A stretch of 63,845 bases of DNA, counting the filler, from Octopus bimaculoides (Eukaryota): NCBI RefSeq assembly GCF_001194135.2. It is 7 parts of 7 records of this genome, joined end to end, with 100 filler letters (N's around TTAATTAATTAA, not from the genome) between each part and the next. Parts side by side here need not be neighbours in the genome. Positions count along the whole stretch, not along the records: positions 1 to 27,178 come from NC_068988.1; 6 more parts are not named here. One strand, written 5' to 3'. Below, piece after piece: positions 12,099 through 25,807 of the stretch (the first letter of the stretch is position 1; each line of letters begins with the position of its first letter). The position numbers were made by a program, and so were the translations under genes. Under the pieces are notes generated by a model that saw only the letters and a list, made by a program, of their open reading frames with translations, was not told where the DNA came from and did not search any database.

Positions 12099-13776
12099 CT
12101 AAAAAAACCATTGACTTGGTTACAACATTCTCAAAGAATATACGATTGGAGTTTGTTCAGTTAAATGTTCTAACACGGTTGCGACAAGAGAGAAAACTGT
12201 AAATCAGAGTAACAACATCTCAATGAATGACTTAACTGTTTCGCTATATCTGATGTGGGATGTTACAAGTAATTAGTAGTGGATGAAAACATATCTTATG
12301 ATGGCACCTGTAACAGAAGACATGTCATTAGCGAATATTACAGCAAAGTAAAGAACATTTGTACCCCTGAACTCTCTACATTCAATAAAACAGCGGCCCA
12401 CTAGGTGTTTTCAGTGCCTGTACTGATACCAACATTTGGCCTGCATGATTGGACGTTTGATGAGATCCGAGCCGTTGATATGAAAGCCCAGAAGATACTA
12501 ATCAGCACACATAATTTTCACATCAACAATGACATACACGGCCTCTACCTAAGACGAAAACAAGGGGGCAGAGGCTTAACATTAATCCAGATTGCGTTTG
12601 AATAGTGTATCATATCACTTCGGCAACATCTTTTAACCACCAAGTGCCGTAGCGCCTCCCTTGACCAAGTTCGCATCCATAAGGCTGATATCATCATAAG
12701 ACTTCTAAAGCAGCTCTTTGAGCAGCATTCTTTGTCTGATAACCTTAAATACCTGCCCATAGAAGTGACACAACTCAAATGCAACGTATCAGCAAATATA
12801 AGAATGAACGTATATCAGTAGAACACCATGCATGGATATGTTAGTGGGAAGCTCCGGGATGATAGAAACCAAAAATGGGATTACTGACTCCCAATTTGAA
12901 GGGGATGTGTTTGCAATCCAGGAACAGGAAATATCAACCAAATACCTGATGCACAAAAGGGACAAAGACGCAGGAAAACAACAAAATGTGATGACCTATG
13001 CAGACTTTGTGGAGTTAACACAGAAGATATCACCCACATCAAAAGCAGTTGTCCGAAAATGTAATCACGGTAATCTACCGATCAGACATGTTGTTACAGC
13101 TAATGAGATCCGTCGGAAGGATAATCACGAGGCCAAAGAAATAAGAACCCACAGTATGCTAGAAGCCATAGTCCCTCATAATTAAAAGAAGTACTGGTGG
13201 AATTTTGCAGTAAAGACCTCAATAAAATGTAAACACAATAGACTTGACGTTGCCATTTGGTGTAGAGAAGAGAAACTATGTACGATTGTGGAAATCAGCT
13301 GCCAAGTAAATGTTAATATAAAGCTAAAGATCAGTGAAAGGGAAAATACCTACGCAGAACTATCGAGAAATCTACGGGTATTCTATCCTGGTTATAAGTT
13401 CAGGTTTATACATGAAATTAATGGGGCACTGGTCTATATAATACACTGCCTAAATACCAATCTTGAGAAATCAGACTTCTTAAACTTAGAAAGGAGGGAG
13501 CTGATTCAATGACTACAGATCCAAGTCATCACTGGAACTGTAAAAATCTGTAAAAATTTCCAGAAGTGTATCATCTAAGAATATATGCACATGTCTAGAC
13601 ATGTAACTATGAATGAGAGTATATAGAGAAACCAAAACATAGAAATATGCACATATGCATACGTACATATAAAAATATTATGTTGTTTAAATTCCAATGA
13701 GAGAGCATTTGATCTAGGTAAGTAACCGGTCCTTTCTCTAATGGCAAGAAATCTCGAAATATAAATGAATAATGAC
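12099..13776 (+). mobile_element. 5'-truncated R4/Dong-like non-LTR retrotransposon (RT end, REL endonuclease, 3' UTR), ACAT class
   Basis: FSVPVLIPTFG..WTFDEIRAVDMKAQK...LYLRRKQGGRGL; FEGDVFAIQEQEISTKYL; EISCQVNVNIKLKISERENTYAELSRNLRVFYPGYKFRF; IQVITGTVKICK. ACAT repeats at the 5' junction and ACAT-like sequence after the 3' end. Confidence 0.9.
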
Positions 13777-13818
13777 ACATACACGTATGAGATGTGTGCA
13801 TGGATATGTGAGTTTCAT

Positions 13819-13850
<32 letters not shown>

Positions 13851-14133
13851 GGGTATTAAATCGGAATGTCCAAATATAAATTGAAGATACACTAAGAATA
13901 TACAAAATTAAAAAGGCATAACTTTGAAATGTCGGCCTAGTTGCACAGTATATGTGTATCTGTGTGTGTGTGTGTGAATATGTATGAGTGTGTGAGTGTG
14001 TCTGCGGACGTATGCATTCACGTATTTGTGCGCGTTTACATATATGTATATATGTGAAATATTTATTGCCCTCAAGGGGCCAACATATATATATATAAAT
14101 ATATATATATGTGTGTGTCTGTGTGTGTCTGTG

Positions 14134-14182
<49 letters not shown>

Positions 14183-14234
14183 TTGTGCGTGCGTGTGTGT
14201 GAATGTCTTTGTAAATATGAATACCTGTGTGCAT

Positions 14235-14265
<31 letters not shown>

Positions 14266-17200
14266 AGACAATAAAGAATACATTTTTCTATTTTACTTTC
14301 GGGATATCATGGTCATTAATATATTTCTATGATATTGGCAACAGGACGCACATCTAGTAGTTCTGCATATGATATATATACAATTTTTAAAATGACAGGT
14401 CCTCCGTCACATTAGATACACCAGTACGCCATTCAGAGTAAATGATGCATCGAATGAATAACCTGCAGCGATCGCATGGTCTATGCGAATGAAATTAATC
14501 TTGTAGTTCATGACATATATCGTTTACATAACAGCGTAGGGTATGCCACATGCATGTGTATGTGTATGTATGTANNNNNNNNNNNNNNNNNNNNNNNNNN
14601 NNNNNNNNNNNNNNNNNNNNNNNNNNNNNNNNNNNNNNNNNNNNNNNNNNNNNNNNNNNNNNNNNNNNNNNNNNNNNNNNNNNNNNNNNTATATATATAT
14701 ACACATACACACACATACATGCGAAACATGTGTAACATGCGTTAAACATACCATGAGGTAAAGAATTATTAATTAATAATTCAGGGAACTAGAAGTAGCA
14801 CTGGCACACTAAAAATAGCAGTCAGAAGACAACTACAACCACAAAAATTCACTGATTGATTGAAGTCGGAGGAATGAGCAAACATTCTAAGATCCCGTAC
14901 CTATAACGAAAAGAATCGTAAATTGAAAAGCCAGACCCTTATGGTCACGATTTCTTACTTTGTGGAAATTCCACTTAGTTCTCCTGAGCGAGCCTCATTG
15001 AGCAAGGGTCCCCAAGAGACATCGTCTCCAGCTGGCTATACGACACACGATCTGTGTCCGTATATTTTCGAACAGAGGAGGTTAGCTCCCACACCCAGCA
15101 CAAAGCAGTATCTATGTACCGTATGTTTTCCGTGTTATTTCACTTCGTCAACACAGAATGACTCTTTGGCTGAGATGGCGCTACTAAATATCTATTCGGA
15201 CACATATAAAATTTTCTAAGTGACTCGGTCACGTATTTAATAAAATAGAAACATTGTTGTTCCTAAATCTCTCAACGAAAGATATTCAGTAGCAGCACTT
15301 TAAAGTAACGATTTTTTGTCAACCTAATGTGGCAGTCCCATTTTGGGGTGAATGCTACTATTGTTTAGCTCCAGAATACATCGTCTCTAGCTGACTATAT
15401 GAAACATGATTCTGTTTAAAGAGAGACATGTATTATGATATTTGTGTTTTTGTAAAGTGAAATTCATATCATTACTCCGGTTGTATATGAGAAATCTAAG
15501 TATATTTGTGCAAGGAAATCTTATGTTAAAAAGCAATTCACCTCCAACCGTCTGACATGCTTTCGTACAAACAATTAAGAATTTCAATAGGTCTGTCTCC
15601 CTCATCTCCTCTACCTCTTTCACATCTACTCCATTCTACGCAGAAATGAAATGCACATATGTGGACACGTATAGATGAAAATATGTTTAGTATATAGAAT
15701 GGATACACATGGATATATGGGTAAGGGTAAATGAATGTTCATGTCCGTTACGGTGGAAACACTCGAGCGTTGTTATCTATTTATAAATGACTATCCCTAT
15801 TTGCGAGTGGATTAAATGTATATGCAGATCAATGAATTGCTATGTGTGGCTTGGACTTCTTTCAGTGCCGCCGGATATGCCACTTGCATGAGTAGAAATA
15901 AATGATGTGTAGGCATATTCCTTTGTTTCTGGACTCAGCAGATATTTGACGTCCTGTGTTCTTATACCGCCTTATAAATAATAAGATCATCTATAAAATA
16001 CAGGCCATTATATAGTAATTTACATTATATTCTGTTGTGAAATAAACATGCACGAATAGAAAATCCATCTCCTGGTAAAAACAAGTGTCTAAACTGTCAT
16101 CCAAACACTCTTCTTATATTGTAGGATATTTTATTATCAAAATTAATGATATATTTAGCAAAATATATAGATATATTCGTCAACATCATCACACGTTTAT
16201 TTTTCTGTTTTCATCTTTATGCATCCTTTTTTTTAAAATTACACTTACAGCGCTAACCAAATACAGATACATATAACGTATGCACGTTTGTATCTTGTAT
16301 GTATATGTTTATGCATGCATGAAGATATATTCCTGCAAGTGCATGATTGTATATATGTATGCATGTATGTATGCATGTATCTATCTATCTATTTATCTAT
16401 CCCTCTTACTATCACTCTGTGTGTGTGTGCGTGTGTAAATACATACATATATACATTCAGATATAAATGTACGATAACAAGAGCTATATGTTATTTCTAA
16501 TGTAAAATCAAATGATTCCGCCAAGCTGACAAATGTATTTCGTATTATTTTCTATTATTATTCTTTGACACATGTCTTTTGTTTGTGGTTTCTGTTACGC
16601 TTTTGAGTTTCACTTTAGATACTTCTTTGTTTTTTTTTGCTATAGAAATCTGCAATTCTCTTCATGATAAATGATCCTCTGATTAAGTATTCAGAATAGA
16701 TATATTGTTGAATGTTTGCAAAATATTTTCCCTTCTGTTTCTTATGTTGCCCTTTTACTTTATCATTTTGATTTTCACATTTAAGCTAAGTGACAAAAGA
16801 AAGAATACATAAACAGGTATCATTAAATATAGGAGACATAGATTTATCACAAGGAAATTATATATTTGGAGGTTATTTCGTAAATAATAATCTGGCCAAC
16901 CCCATGAATTCATATTATAAATAGTGATGGATCTTCCTAAAATTCCGAATACGGATACAGATGCTTAAATATAAAAAAATTCTCACGATTATTTATAAGT
17001 GCAATGTTCATCACGCTAACCCTTCTAGCATTTTCGTTTCATTAATTATCCTTTGGTAACGAATATCTTACTCTGATGCATATTCTTTTCTCTCCTTTTC
17101 TGTTTATATTAACGCCAACTTAATTTTGCATCTCCGTATCAATATAATAATATCAAACAATCTCTATTACTAACATTAAACTTTCCTTGATTCTACCAAT

Positions 17201-18619
17201 TTATATCCTCTATAGAGCAAATATATTTCCAAACTTTATTACAATAAATTAAAAAAGCAAGTATTAGATTGTATGTTTACAAGAAATGGTTGCAAGGATT
17301 TGGAATTTTTTACAATATGATAGCAAAACACTACTAACAATAGTTAAACATTATATAGTATGTATGGAATAAGTAACACTAATTTATATAAGTATTTATA
17401 GATCCACCAACAGGCAGAACCAATTGATCGTAGTTAGGTGGTACAGAATTCATAGCCTATTTGAAATTATCATGCAGGTCTTCAGAAACACACATGGTAC
17501 CTGCATGTGGCTTACATAGTATGAGCAAACCTGTTGTAAAACTTTCCGTAATCAACTGCACATTACGCATATGTTTGCGAAACGTCCTTTGCGATTCAAA
17601 TGATGACTTCATGGTATTAAAATCTGCATTGGGAATAATTACTAAAGTCGATCTTCGTTCACCTTTTCAATTTCATCCTCAAAGTATATTTAATATGCAA
17701 TATTAAACATTCCCGTTATTTTTATAACAACTCTTTTCTTTAAAACCCATCTAATTTTAAAAGTTAGCTCAATCTATCATAGTGCATAGCTATAACTGAG
17801 AGCACTGATTTATCTGAACCGGAATTTGAAACTTTTTGCAGCAAATATTTGTGCGATAAGAAACAGTGAAACAATGCTGTGCCATGTTATTATGTGCGAA
17901 AACAATGAATTGCCATACATTTTTGATATATCTCACATATATCATACCTTTTCTCAAGTTCAACCCTGGATGAAACATTCAACAAGGAAAAAACATTTCA
18001 AATGAATATGAGGTATGATTGTTAGTAATCCAATTGTAATTGAATACAATGCATAACCGTTCTCAAAAACAAGGGACTAATATGATATAATTTAGAGGAT
18101 TGGACATATGATATATATATATATATATTGTGCATGATAGCTGTATTGTAGCTGGCCTTTCCTGCATGGGAGCTGGCTCTCACAAAATCATTAAGAGGAG
18201 GTATTTTTTTTATTAAACAAACGAAAGTAAAACATTACAGCGACCAAAGTTGTAAGAACTTCAAAAGCTTTAAGGAATAAAGTCACGTGAAGCCGTCAAA
18301 GGCATGTAAATAATTTAAAAAGGAAAAGAAACCTCAACGAAGGTTTTGGCAAAAAATTTCACAACTCTGTCCTGATCAAGAGGCCTCTCTGACGGAGATG
18401 GCATACTCTGACATGGAATAAATAAGAATTGATACAAGACATTCTATTGTAAAAACATTATTCTTGACAACGACGGGATATTCATCTAGTATATATATAA
18501 ACACGCACAAGCGAATCTCTCTGTCTTTTTAATGAAAATCTTCTTAAGAATTCCCTGATAATATGGAGGTATCCATATCGAAATATTTAATGTTTTTTAT
18601 GCATATATGTATGACTTTT

Positions 18620-18700
18620 AACTAAGAATTTGCCTTCTCCACCACATGTTCCCAGGTTCACTTCCACTGCGTGACTCCTTCGATGAACGTTTTATATAAC
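18620..18700 (+). mobile_element. tRNA-derived SINE head fragment
   Basis: taagaatttgccttctccaccacatgttcccaggttcacttccactgcgtg; a related minus-strand piece lies at ~61160-61230. Confidence 0.45.
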
Positions 18701-19129
18701 TTGGAGTCATCCGTTATGCGAAATTCTGAGTAAAATGTTTGGACGTTTAGTTTTTCGTTCACTTTAGCATTACATGTATGAGTATGTGTTAATAAAAGAA
18801 TGTATTTGTAAAGAAATTTGACATATTTCCATATATAAGTAAAGCGTGCGCAGATATTAACACATTAATCATGGGTCTTGTTTTATTAACCACATATATT
18901 ATAATATACTTTAGGTAGTAAGGAAAGAAATATTGAGTTTGTAATCTTTCTGAAGGTATTTCTTGGTTGCATAAAATAAAATAGCATCGCAGGTGAAACG
19001 GGTTCAGATTGCTATCATTTACAGGCTACAACTTGTTCGAGTTCGTTATATAAAACAGCCTTGCGTGTGGATTTGGTACGCAGAAACTGGATGAAGCCTA
19101 TGATATATATTGTGTGTACGCGTGTGTGA

Positions 19130-19169
<40 letters not shown>

Positions 19170-20999
19170 ATTTGTCGTTTTCTTATCACCACCACCGACC
19201 GCCTCATTACCAGCGTTAGTTTATACATCCGCAACTTACTGTGCCGACATAACAGGTCGATAGATCAAGTAACTGTCGTTGAAAACTTTGTCCTGTGGCC
19301 GATTCTTTCTGGTAAATTCCTTCAATTATGTGCTCCAAATGAATCGTTGCACTCCAATGATTGAAACAAGTAATATAATAATACCGTTTTCTGTTCTGTA
19401 AACAGTAAAGCGCTATAGTTTAAAAGGGACAAGGATGGACTTAATTAAATTTATTCCAACAATACCACAAGTATTATAGAAGCAACGAATATGTGAAAAA
19501 TACAAATTAATAGATATGGCAAACTTACAGCAGAATCTTAACATCATGACTAAAATTACTTTTGTGATACTTATTAAATAGAGATAATCTAAACTGTTAG
19601 TGTTTATTGAGATTAAGAGATAACCGTTGCTTTGTGAATGATATTAGTGGTGTGGAGAACCAAAACGATCTCATTTGAACCGGATATTGAAACGTGGAAG
19701 CATATTTCTCATTGGAATGCATTGCCATGGACTAAAATTATGAACGTTATGCAGGCACAAGCCTTAAATTCATTACAAGAAACGCCCGTTATTCAAAATT
19801 AATAATCAGATCTTTAATGCTATGTAACTCTTTAAAGGTGATCTGACAGAATATGGATGTTCCATTCTGCACTCTCTACATTTTTGAGACAATAAAGAAA
19901 CTTCCTCACGCTTTATACTTCCAACGAGAGATATTACATTCCTTGATCATTAATTATCTCTGTTCATTGAAATTATTACGAATATATTTTGGCAGTTATT
20001 TATGAAGTGAGCGTATCTTTTCAAACATGTCATTAAGAAGTTCTTTTTCCCCTATTTCTTATTCAAATACACGTTTCATTTCTTCCAGGTATTAATACTG
20101 TTGAGAACGACACGAATCTCACACACTGCTATATGCCTCCCTATTAATCGAAGTCGTTGTTCCAACATAAGAAATCAATATTCTATTGCAGGAATATTAA
20201 TATCGTGGACCTATACTCTCAAAGTTCAAAGGCCTTGATTGGATTATTAAATCCACAAAAATGCAGGTTAGTTATCGACAGCCAGTTTACGGTCCACAAA
20301 TTATATGCTTGGATATTCAGTTTGCCTTTCTATATTCTACTTCTAATGACTAACGGAAAACTTGGATGTTCTTTCAAAAACTTTCCATTTCTTTTTAAAG
20401 CTTATATCAGAAGAAATATTTAACAAGTAATGGTTTTTTTGTTGCTAGCTCTGTCTCATTAAACCAACTTGTAGATATGACGTACAAGGGTGCGATTTCT
20501 AGTACAGTTTATAATATATTATTTAAGCACCAAATAAACTGAGCTTGTGATATTCATGCATTTCCCATGGATATTAGAAATGTTTAAACACCGATAAGTA
20601 GCAGGTCGGTTTTTTCAGTTTAACAGCTCACAGTTACCATTGCAAACTGGTTAATTTTTTACAAAGTAACGTGGTCTGATAGTCAGAGTGTTTTGTCCAT
20701 GATTGTAAGCTTGTGGATTTGATAAGCCATCAGATAAGTACTCTTTGTCATTGAATAACGCACTTCGTTTCATATGCTTCATGTAGATAGGACAGTGGTC
20801 TTTCGATGCTATGGAAAAGAAATTTTCTCAGTTACCTTGCAGCTATGTACATTTCAGTGCAAATCGGCGGCAGTAAAATTTACACACGTCTGTGCAATTT
20901 ATGTTGTTCCATACGATTTCCACATTAACTACAGTACTGCTCCCGGTATGATGCTTCTGTAAGGGAGCATTTCGCGAAGTTTGTCTTAAAATAATAGGA

Positions 21000-22080
21000 T
21001 GATTTCTCTTCTCCCTTAGAGGGATTAAAACGTTTACACTGCAAACTAATCTATCAACACACCGATTCTTCGACGCGTTTTGTTATCAGCGTGTGCATTG
21101 AAAGAACGTCTTAAATGACAGCAAATCAACTTGGTTCCCATTACCTGAGTACGTATTTCACTGAGAAATTGCATGTTGGGTATTGTTTTAGAAGTAGGAA
21201 TTTGTAATGCGTTTGCCATGCATTGCGCCGCAGCGTCAAACAAGGCCGCTCAGGTCTCCCACACACTTCGAGATCATTCATTCGTAACCAAGTTACGTTT
21301 CCGTAAACAAACGAGGGTGAATTTTTTGCCTATTAGTTCAGGCAGTGGTTTCTGCAGCTTACCTTACATCAAATCGCAGGCGGAAATATATGCTACACTC
21401 ATCAGAGATATGCTTTTCACTGAAAAGGCAGAACTCAATACCCTTGCAGTGCAGGAGCACCTGTTACTGAGAGATGATACATCTAACGCTTGCAATGCCG
21501 ACTGTCAATCCCAAGGAAACGAGTTCTAGTACAGATTACAGAAGTACTACTAGCCATCATAATCGATGTCGACCATGGGTTTATACTAACTGACACTGGC
21601 ACAAATCCCTTTACTCTTCAAAATACATACTGTTGACTGAAAATATCCTAGCAAGACAAATGGTACAATTCACGAATTTTGATATGCGCTAGACTTCCCA
21701 GGATGGTAACTCACCTACGACAGTGATGTCTACTCTGGTTGGGCCACGTTCACCAAATGCACAATAGCTACATTGCAAAGGGTCTCTTCTATGCAGAATT
21801 ACTGAGTAAAGACACATTAGTCATCATCATATGCGCTTCAAAGATTTTTGCATTAGATTCCCTACGAAAGCGGTCGGTATCAACATGATATGCTGGAAGA
21901 GAGAGCCTTGCAGATGACCCAATGAAAATGAGATTCTGTGAAGCTGCACAAAACAGCTAGAGGGCTGAGAGATACTGTAGAAAGAATACGGGCATGCAGA
22001 AAGGAGCACAACTACGGCAACAATGCAACGATGAGCAGATAATTGTCCTCTGCGAGGGAGATTGTTATGCCTTAGCTGAT
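21000..22080 (+). mobile_element. Decayed RTE-clade LINE (RT domain to 3' end)
   Basis: SVKQG motif (~21232); LIRDMLFTEKAEL, equivalent to IRELLFADDCAL; LLWLGHVHQMHNSYIAKGLFYAELL and RFKD, typical of the RTE C-terminal region. Confidence 0.8.
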
Positions 22081-22082
22081 CT

Positions 22083-22145
22083 GGGAAAGTCAGAGACTGG
22101 AAAAGTCAGAGACTGGAAAAGTCAGAGACTGGAAAAGTCAGAGAC
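22083..22145 (+). repeat. 16-bp tandem repeat (ggaaaagtcagagact) x ~4
   Basis: Directly visible, at the 3' end of the RTE fragment. Confidence 0.9.
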
Positions 22146-23694
22146 GGCCTTTTGTAACCAAATAAATGCTTAGAACCACTAGAATGCAGGACATTGTTGA
22201 CTATAACAGAAGTTGACAATATAGTGATGCTTTGGTATCTATTTTAGTATCTGTGGCCGGCCATCTTATGATAAAATAGTAAATAGAATTCTGTGACACC
22301 ATTTGCTTTATATCTGTCATTAGCTTCCTTCAACCAAAATACGAAAAAGTCATTATTTTTCGTGTCACTTCTTAATTGAAAAATGTATCACTGAGAGACG
22401 GAATGAAATTACTTCTGCATCATGTTGTTGCGCAGAAATTAGTATCTGTTAGGTTTTGCATGATACAAGTTTAGAAAGGTTTTGTAATTTATTAAATAAG
22501 AAATGATATAATACTGCTAATTATTTCTGTACTCATACAAGACAAAATTTCTGTTTGATTTTAAATATACAATTTCATTTTTTTTTTGGGGGGGGGGGTA
22601 CGAAAAATACCGTCTGTAACTGTTAAATACTACTGGCACTTTTGTAGAGTAGCATTTCCCTATGAATTAGGGGAGAGAAAACCGAATTTCCAAAGAGCAT
22701 AAAGCCATACTCGTAAATATTTACAGCGTAATCAAACTTCCATGAACATTTCGATACTAACATTATTTTCTGTATTAACCTACAAATACCTGTAGAGAGA
22801 ATACTACTGTTTGTCGAACAATAATAATTGCTGAAAAGCGTAATTAGTATATGAAAGCATGTACGAAGAATGTTCAATTAAAACATATTTTTTTCTGGAA
22901 TGAAGATTGAAAATTGCATTAAGATTTACTATTTCAGGAAATTAAAACCTGAACATTTTCAGAATAGTTATTAATAATTTAATGGATTGAGTGTTCTTCA
23001 AATTACATGTTTGCTTAACAAAGAAGTATACCAAAAAGCAGGTATTATTTTTCATATAAGAGTTTGGTCTAGGTACACTGTCTACATTTGTAAACTAGAA
23101 AAAACATAATGTAATATAGCAAATTATAACAAATCAAGAATGAATTTCGTAGTATATTTCTTGAATTCATTTTGAAACTATAATTGTGAAGGGAAATTAA
23201 GGAATATTTTACCAAAATGTTAAGACGTCTATTCCAACAGGGAAACTTTCGGAATACGCTTATATGTATGCGTATGTATATATATAATTAGATCCCAAAT
23301 ATTCTCTGCACATTCTTCATTAGAAATTAATCTACAAGGAACATTTCAATATATTGATTTTCATGTCACTAAACACAAGGTTACGGTTTTACATATCAGG
23401 GACAATAGAATCTCTCAAACGCAAAGCGCTGCAACTCACCGGTAAAAACACTCATCTCGAAAAATACAATCTCCGACAATTACTTAAACTTTTCAAAAAA
23501 AAGCAAGCAAATACAGAATGGAGTATGGCTCGTGTTTTACGAAATCTGCAGAAACAGCAATTACAGTCGCATTAGACGGCATTACCAAAAATATATAGAA
23601 GCGAATTACATGATGTTTCTTGCCACTAAAATTTGCATTGTGGAACTATATGTATTGTTTCCATGCATTCACATTTCAACTAATAATACTACTG

Positions 23695-23728
23695 TTCCTC
23701 CTCCTCCTCCTCCTCCTCCTCCCACTAT

Positions 23729-23766
<38 letters not shown>

Positions 23767-23776
23767 ATACTAATAC

Positions 23777-23821
<45 letters not shown>

Positions 23822-23829
23822 CAACAATA
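23695..23829. repeat. Compound (CCT)n(ACT)n(AAT)n microsatellite
   Basis: Directly visible. Confidence 0.95.
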
Positions 23830-24301
23830 AAGTGACACGGAGGAAAATATACGAAGCGCAGTATACCCATCGTGAATACCCGTCCGATAAGTGTACAACA
23901 TGCACATGCATCACTACCTTATGTGCGCGTCGAGGTGATTTTATATCGAGATAAACAGCGCGTGACCTTGCAAGTGGGGGCCCACTTACAATTTCCTTCA
24001 GGTCGATTAGCTGTTCCACTCAAAAGGTCCCTGAATAAGGTTTGTTTGAGGATGTTGAGCAAAACACCCATGTTTCCAAAGGTAAATTATTCAAACCCCA
24101 AAGAATTCCTCTCAACACATGGCTATGATACTCTCCCACTACTTCTCGTGATCAGAGAAGCACATTTCGTCAGTTACTAAAGGAAATGCTCAACTGGTGA
24201 AAGTCAAACAACTGACCCAAGACAAAACAATGTACATAATAAAACTTCCAATCAGTCAAGATGAGGAACCATGGCAACACTGCCTGGTACTGCATCAGGG
24301 C
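23828..24301 (-). mobile_element. ~550-bp non-coding TAA-associated repeat, copy A
   Basis: Aligns by eye with copies at 25013, 25808, 27934 and 31455 and ends ctgcctggtactgcatcagggc. Strand is inferred. Confidence 0.75.
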
Positions 24302-24306
24302 TTTTA

Positions 24307-24682
24307 TTACCTCAACCTTAGCGAAGGCGGAGGTATTGTTTTCAGTTGTGTTTGTTTGTTTATTTGTTTGTTTGTCCAAGGACTAGGTATCTCAAGAACT
24401 GCTGAATGGATTCGAATAAAACTTTCAGGGATGTTTGGCCTCATGACTGCCACGAATTGATTGGTTAGATTTTTGGATAAATTCCTTACAGGACAAAGAT
24501 TCTGGATTATTTTTCCTGTCTTCTTTTTACTTAATTTTTGCGAGCGGTCGGGTTCATTTTTAGTATTCTCGTTTGATAGAGCAGTCAAGTTTATTTCAAA
24601 TATTCTTATTTTAAAAATCATCTCTGACTAATCGTTGAGGACATGGTGTTGCCTTCGTGGAGGTTTGCGTTCTCTAAGTGCT
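24307..24682 (+). mobile_element. Helentron-associated (HINE/DINE-1-like) non-autonomous element
   Basis: Starts ttacctc..cc-ttagcgaa-ggcggaggt (hairpin) followed by a (GTTT)n tract; ends cgtggaggtttgcgttctctaagtgct, which repeats the ggaggt sub-terminal motif. Confidence 0.5.
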
Positions 24683-24683
24683 A

Positions 24684-24693
24684 TCATCATCAT

Positions 24694-24747
<54 letters not shown>

Positions 24748-24748
24748 T

Positions 24749-24779
<31 letters not shown>

Positions 24780-24783
24780 ACAC

Positions 24784-24819
<36 letters not shown>

Positions 24820-24869
24820 TATCATCATCATCATTATAATAATAATAATAATAATTATTATTATTATTT

Positions 24870-24900
<31 letters not shown>

Positions 24901-24940
24901 TGTGTTTCAGCCAAGTGGCTGCGGTCATGCTGGTGCACCA

Positions 24941-25012
<72 letters not shown>
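24684..25012. repeat. (CAT)n, (AAT)n, (TTTA)n and (ATT)n microsatellites with a 40-bp SINE tail fragment (24901-24940)
   Basis: Directly visible. Confidence 0.9.
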
Positions 25013-25013
<1 letters not shown>

Positions 25014-25569
25014 GAGTGAGAGAGCAGTGCATGCCATCAAAGTGACACTAGGGTAAAATATACAAAGCCCAATATACCCATCATGATTACCCATCTGATA
25101 AGGTTACACCAAGCACATGCATCACAAGCATATGTGCGCGACATGGTGATCTCATATCAAGATAAACAGCGCATGACCTCGCAGGTGGGGGCCAGTTAGA
25201 ATTTTTTCAGGTCGAGTAGCTCATCCCACTCAAAAGGTCCCTGAATAAGGTTTGTTTAAGGATATTGAGCAAAACACCCATGTTTCCAAAAGTGAATTAT
25301 TCAAACCCCAAAGAATTCCTCTCAACACACGGCTATGATACTCCCCCACTACTTCTGCTTGTTATCAGAGATGCACATATTGTCAGCCACCAAGGGACAT
25401 GCTCAACTGGTTAAGGTCAAACAACTGACAAGCAAATCTGTAGTACTAAGCAGAATATTTGCTGTAGCCCATCTTTTATACCAAGACAAAACAACGTACA
25501 TGATAACACTTCCAATCAATTAAGATCAGAAGCCATGAGAGCCACAGCCTGGTACTGCATCAGGGCATT
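25013..25569 (-). mobile_element. ~550-bp TAA-associated repeat, copy B (apparently complete)
   Basis: (ATT)n-gagtgagagagcagtgcatgccatcaaagtgacac ... gccacagcctggtactgcatcagggc. Confidence 0.8.
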
Positions 25570-25792
25570 GCCACTGCCTGGTACTGCATCAGGGCATAGC
25601 CACTGGCTGGTAATGCATCAGGGCATTGCCACTGCCTGGTAATGGATCAGGGCATTGCCACTGCCTGGTACTGCATCAGCGCATAGTCACTGCCTGGTAC
25701 TGCATCAGCGCATAGCCACTACCTGGTACTGCATCAGCGCATAGTCACTGCCTGGTACTGCATCAGGGCATAACCACTGCCTGGTACTGCAT
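25541..25792. repeat. 29-bp minisatellite (gccactgcctggtactgcatcagggcatt/a) x ~8.7
   Basis: Units start at 25541, 25570, 25599, 25628, 25657, 25686, 25715, 25744 and 25773, with no spacers. Confidence 0.95.
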
Positions 25793-25807
25793 TATGTTTA
25801 TTAATAT

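Noticed and set aside
20201-20275. 75-nt plus-strand candidate exon (approximate position; ttgcag|...cag|gttagt, NINIVDLYSQSSKALIGLLNPQKC)
   Set aside because: Splice-like signals are common in AT-rich DNA; there is no partner exon or recognisable motif
21173-21529. 118-aa ORF as a host gene
   Set aside because: A decayed RTE reverse transcriptase segment
25541-25792. CRISPR-like 29-bp repeat array
   Set aside because: Units are contiguous with no unique spacers, there are no cas genes, and the context is eukaryotic
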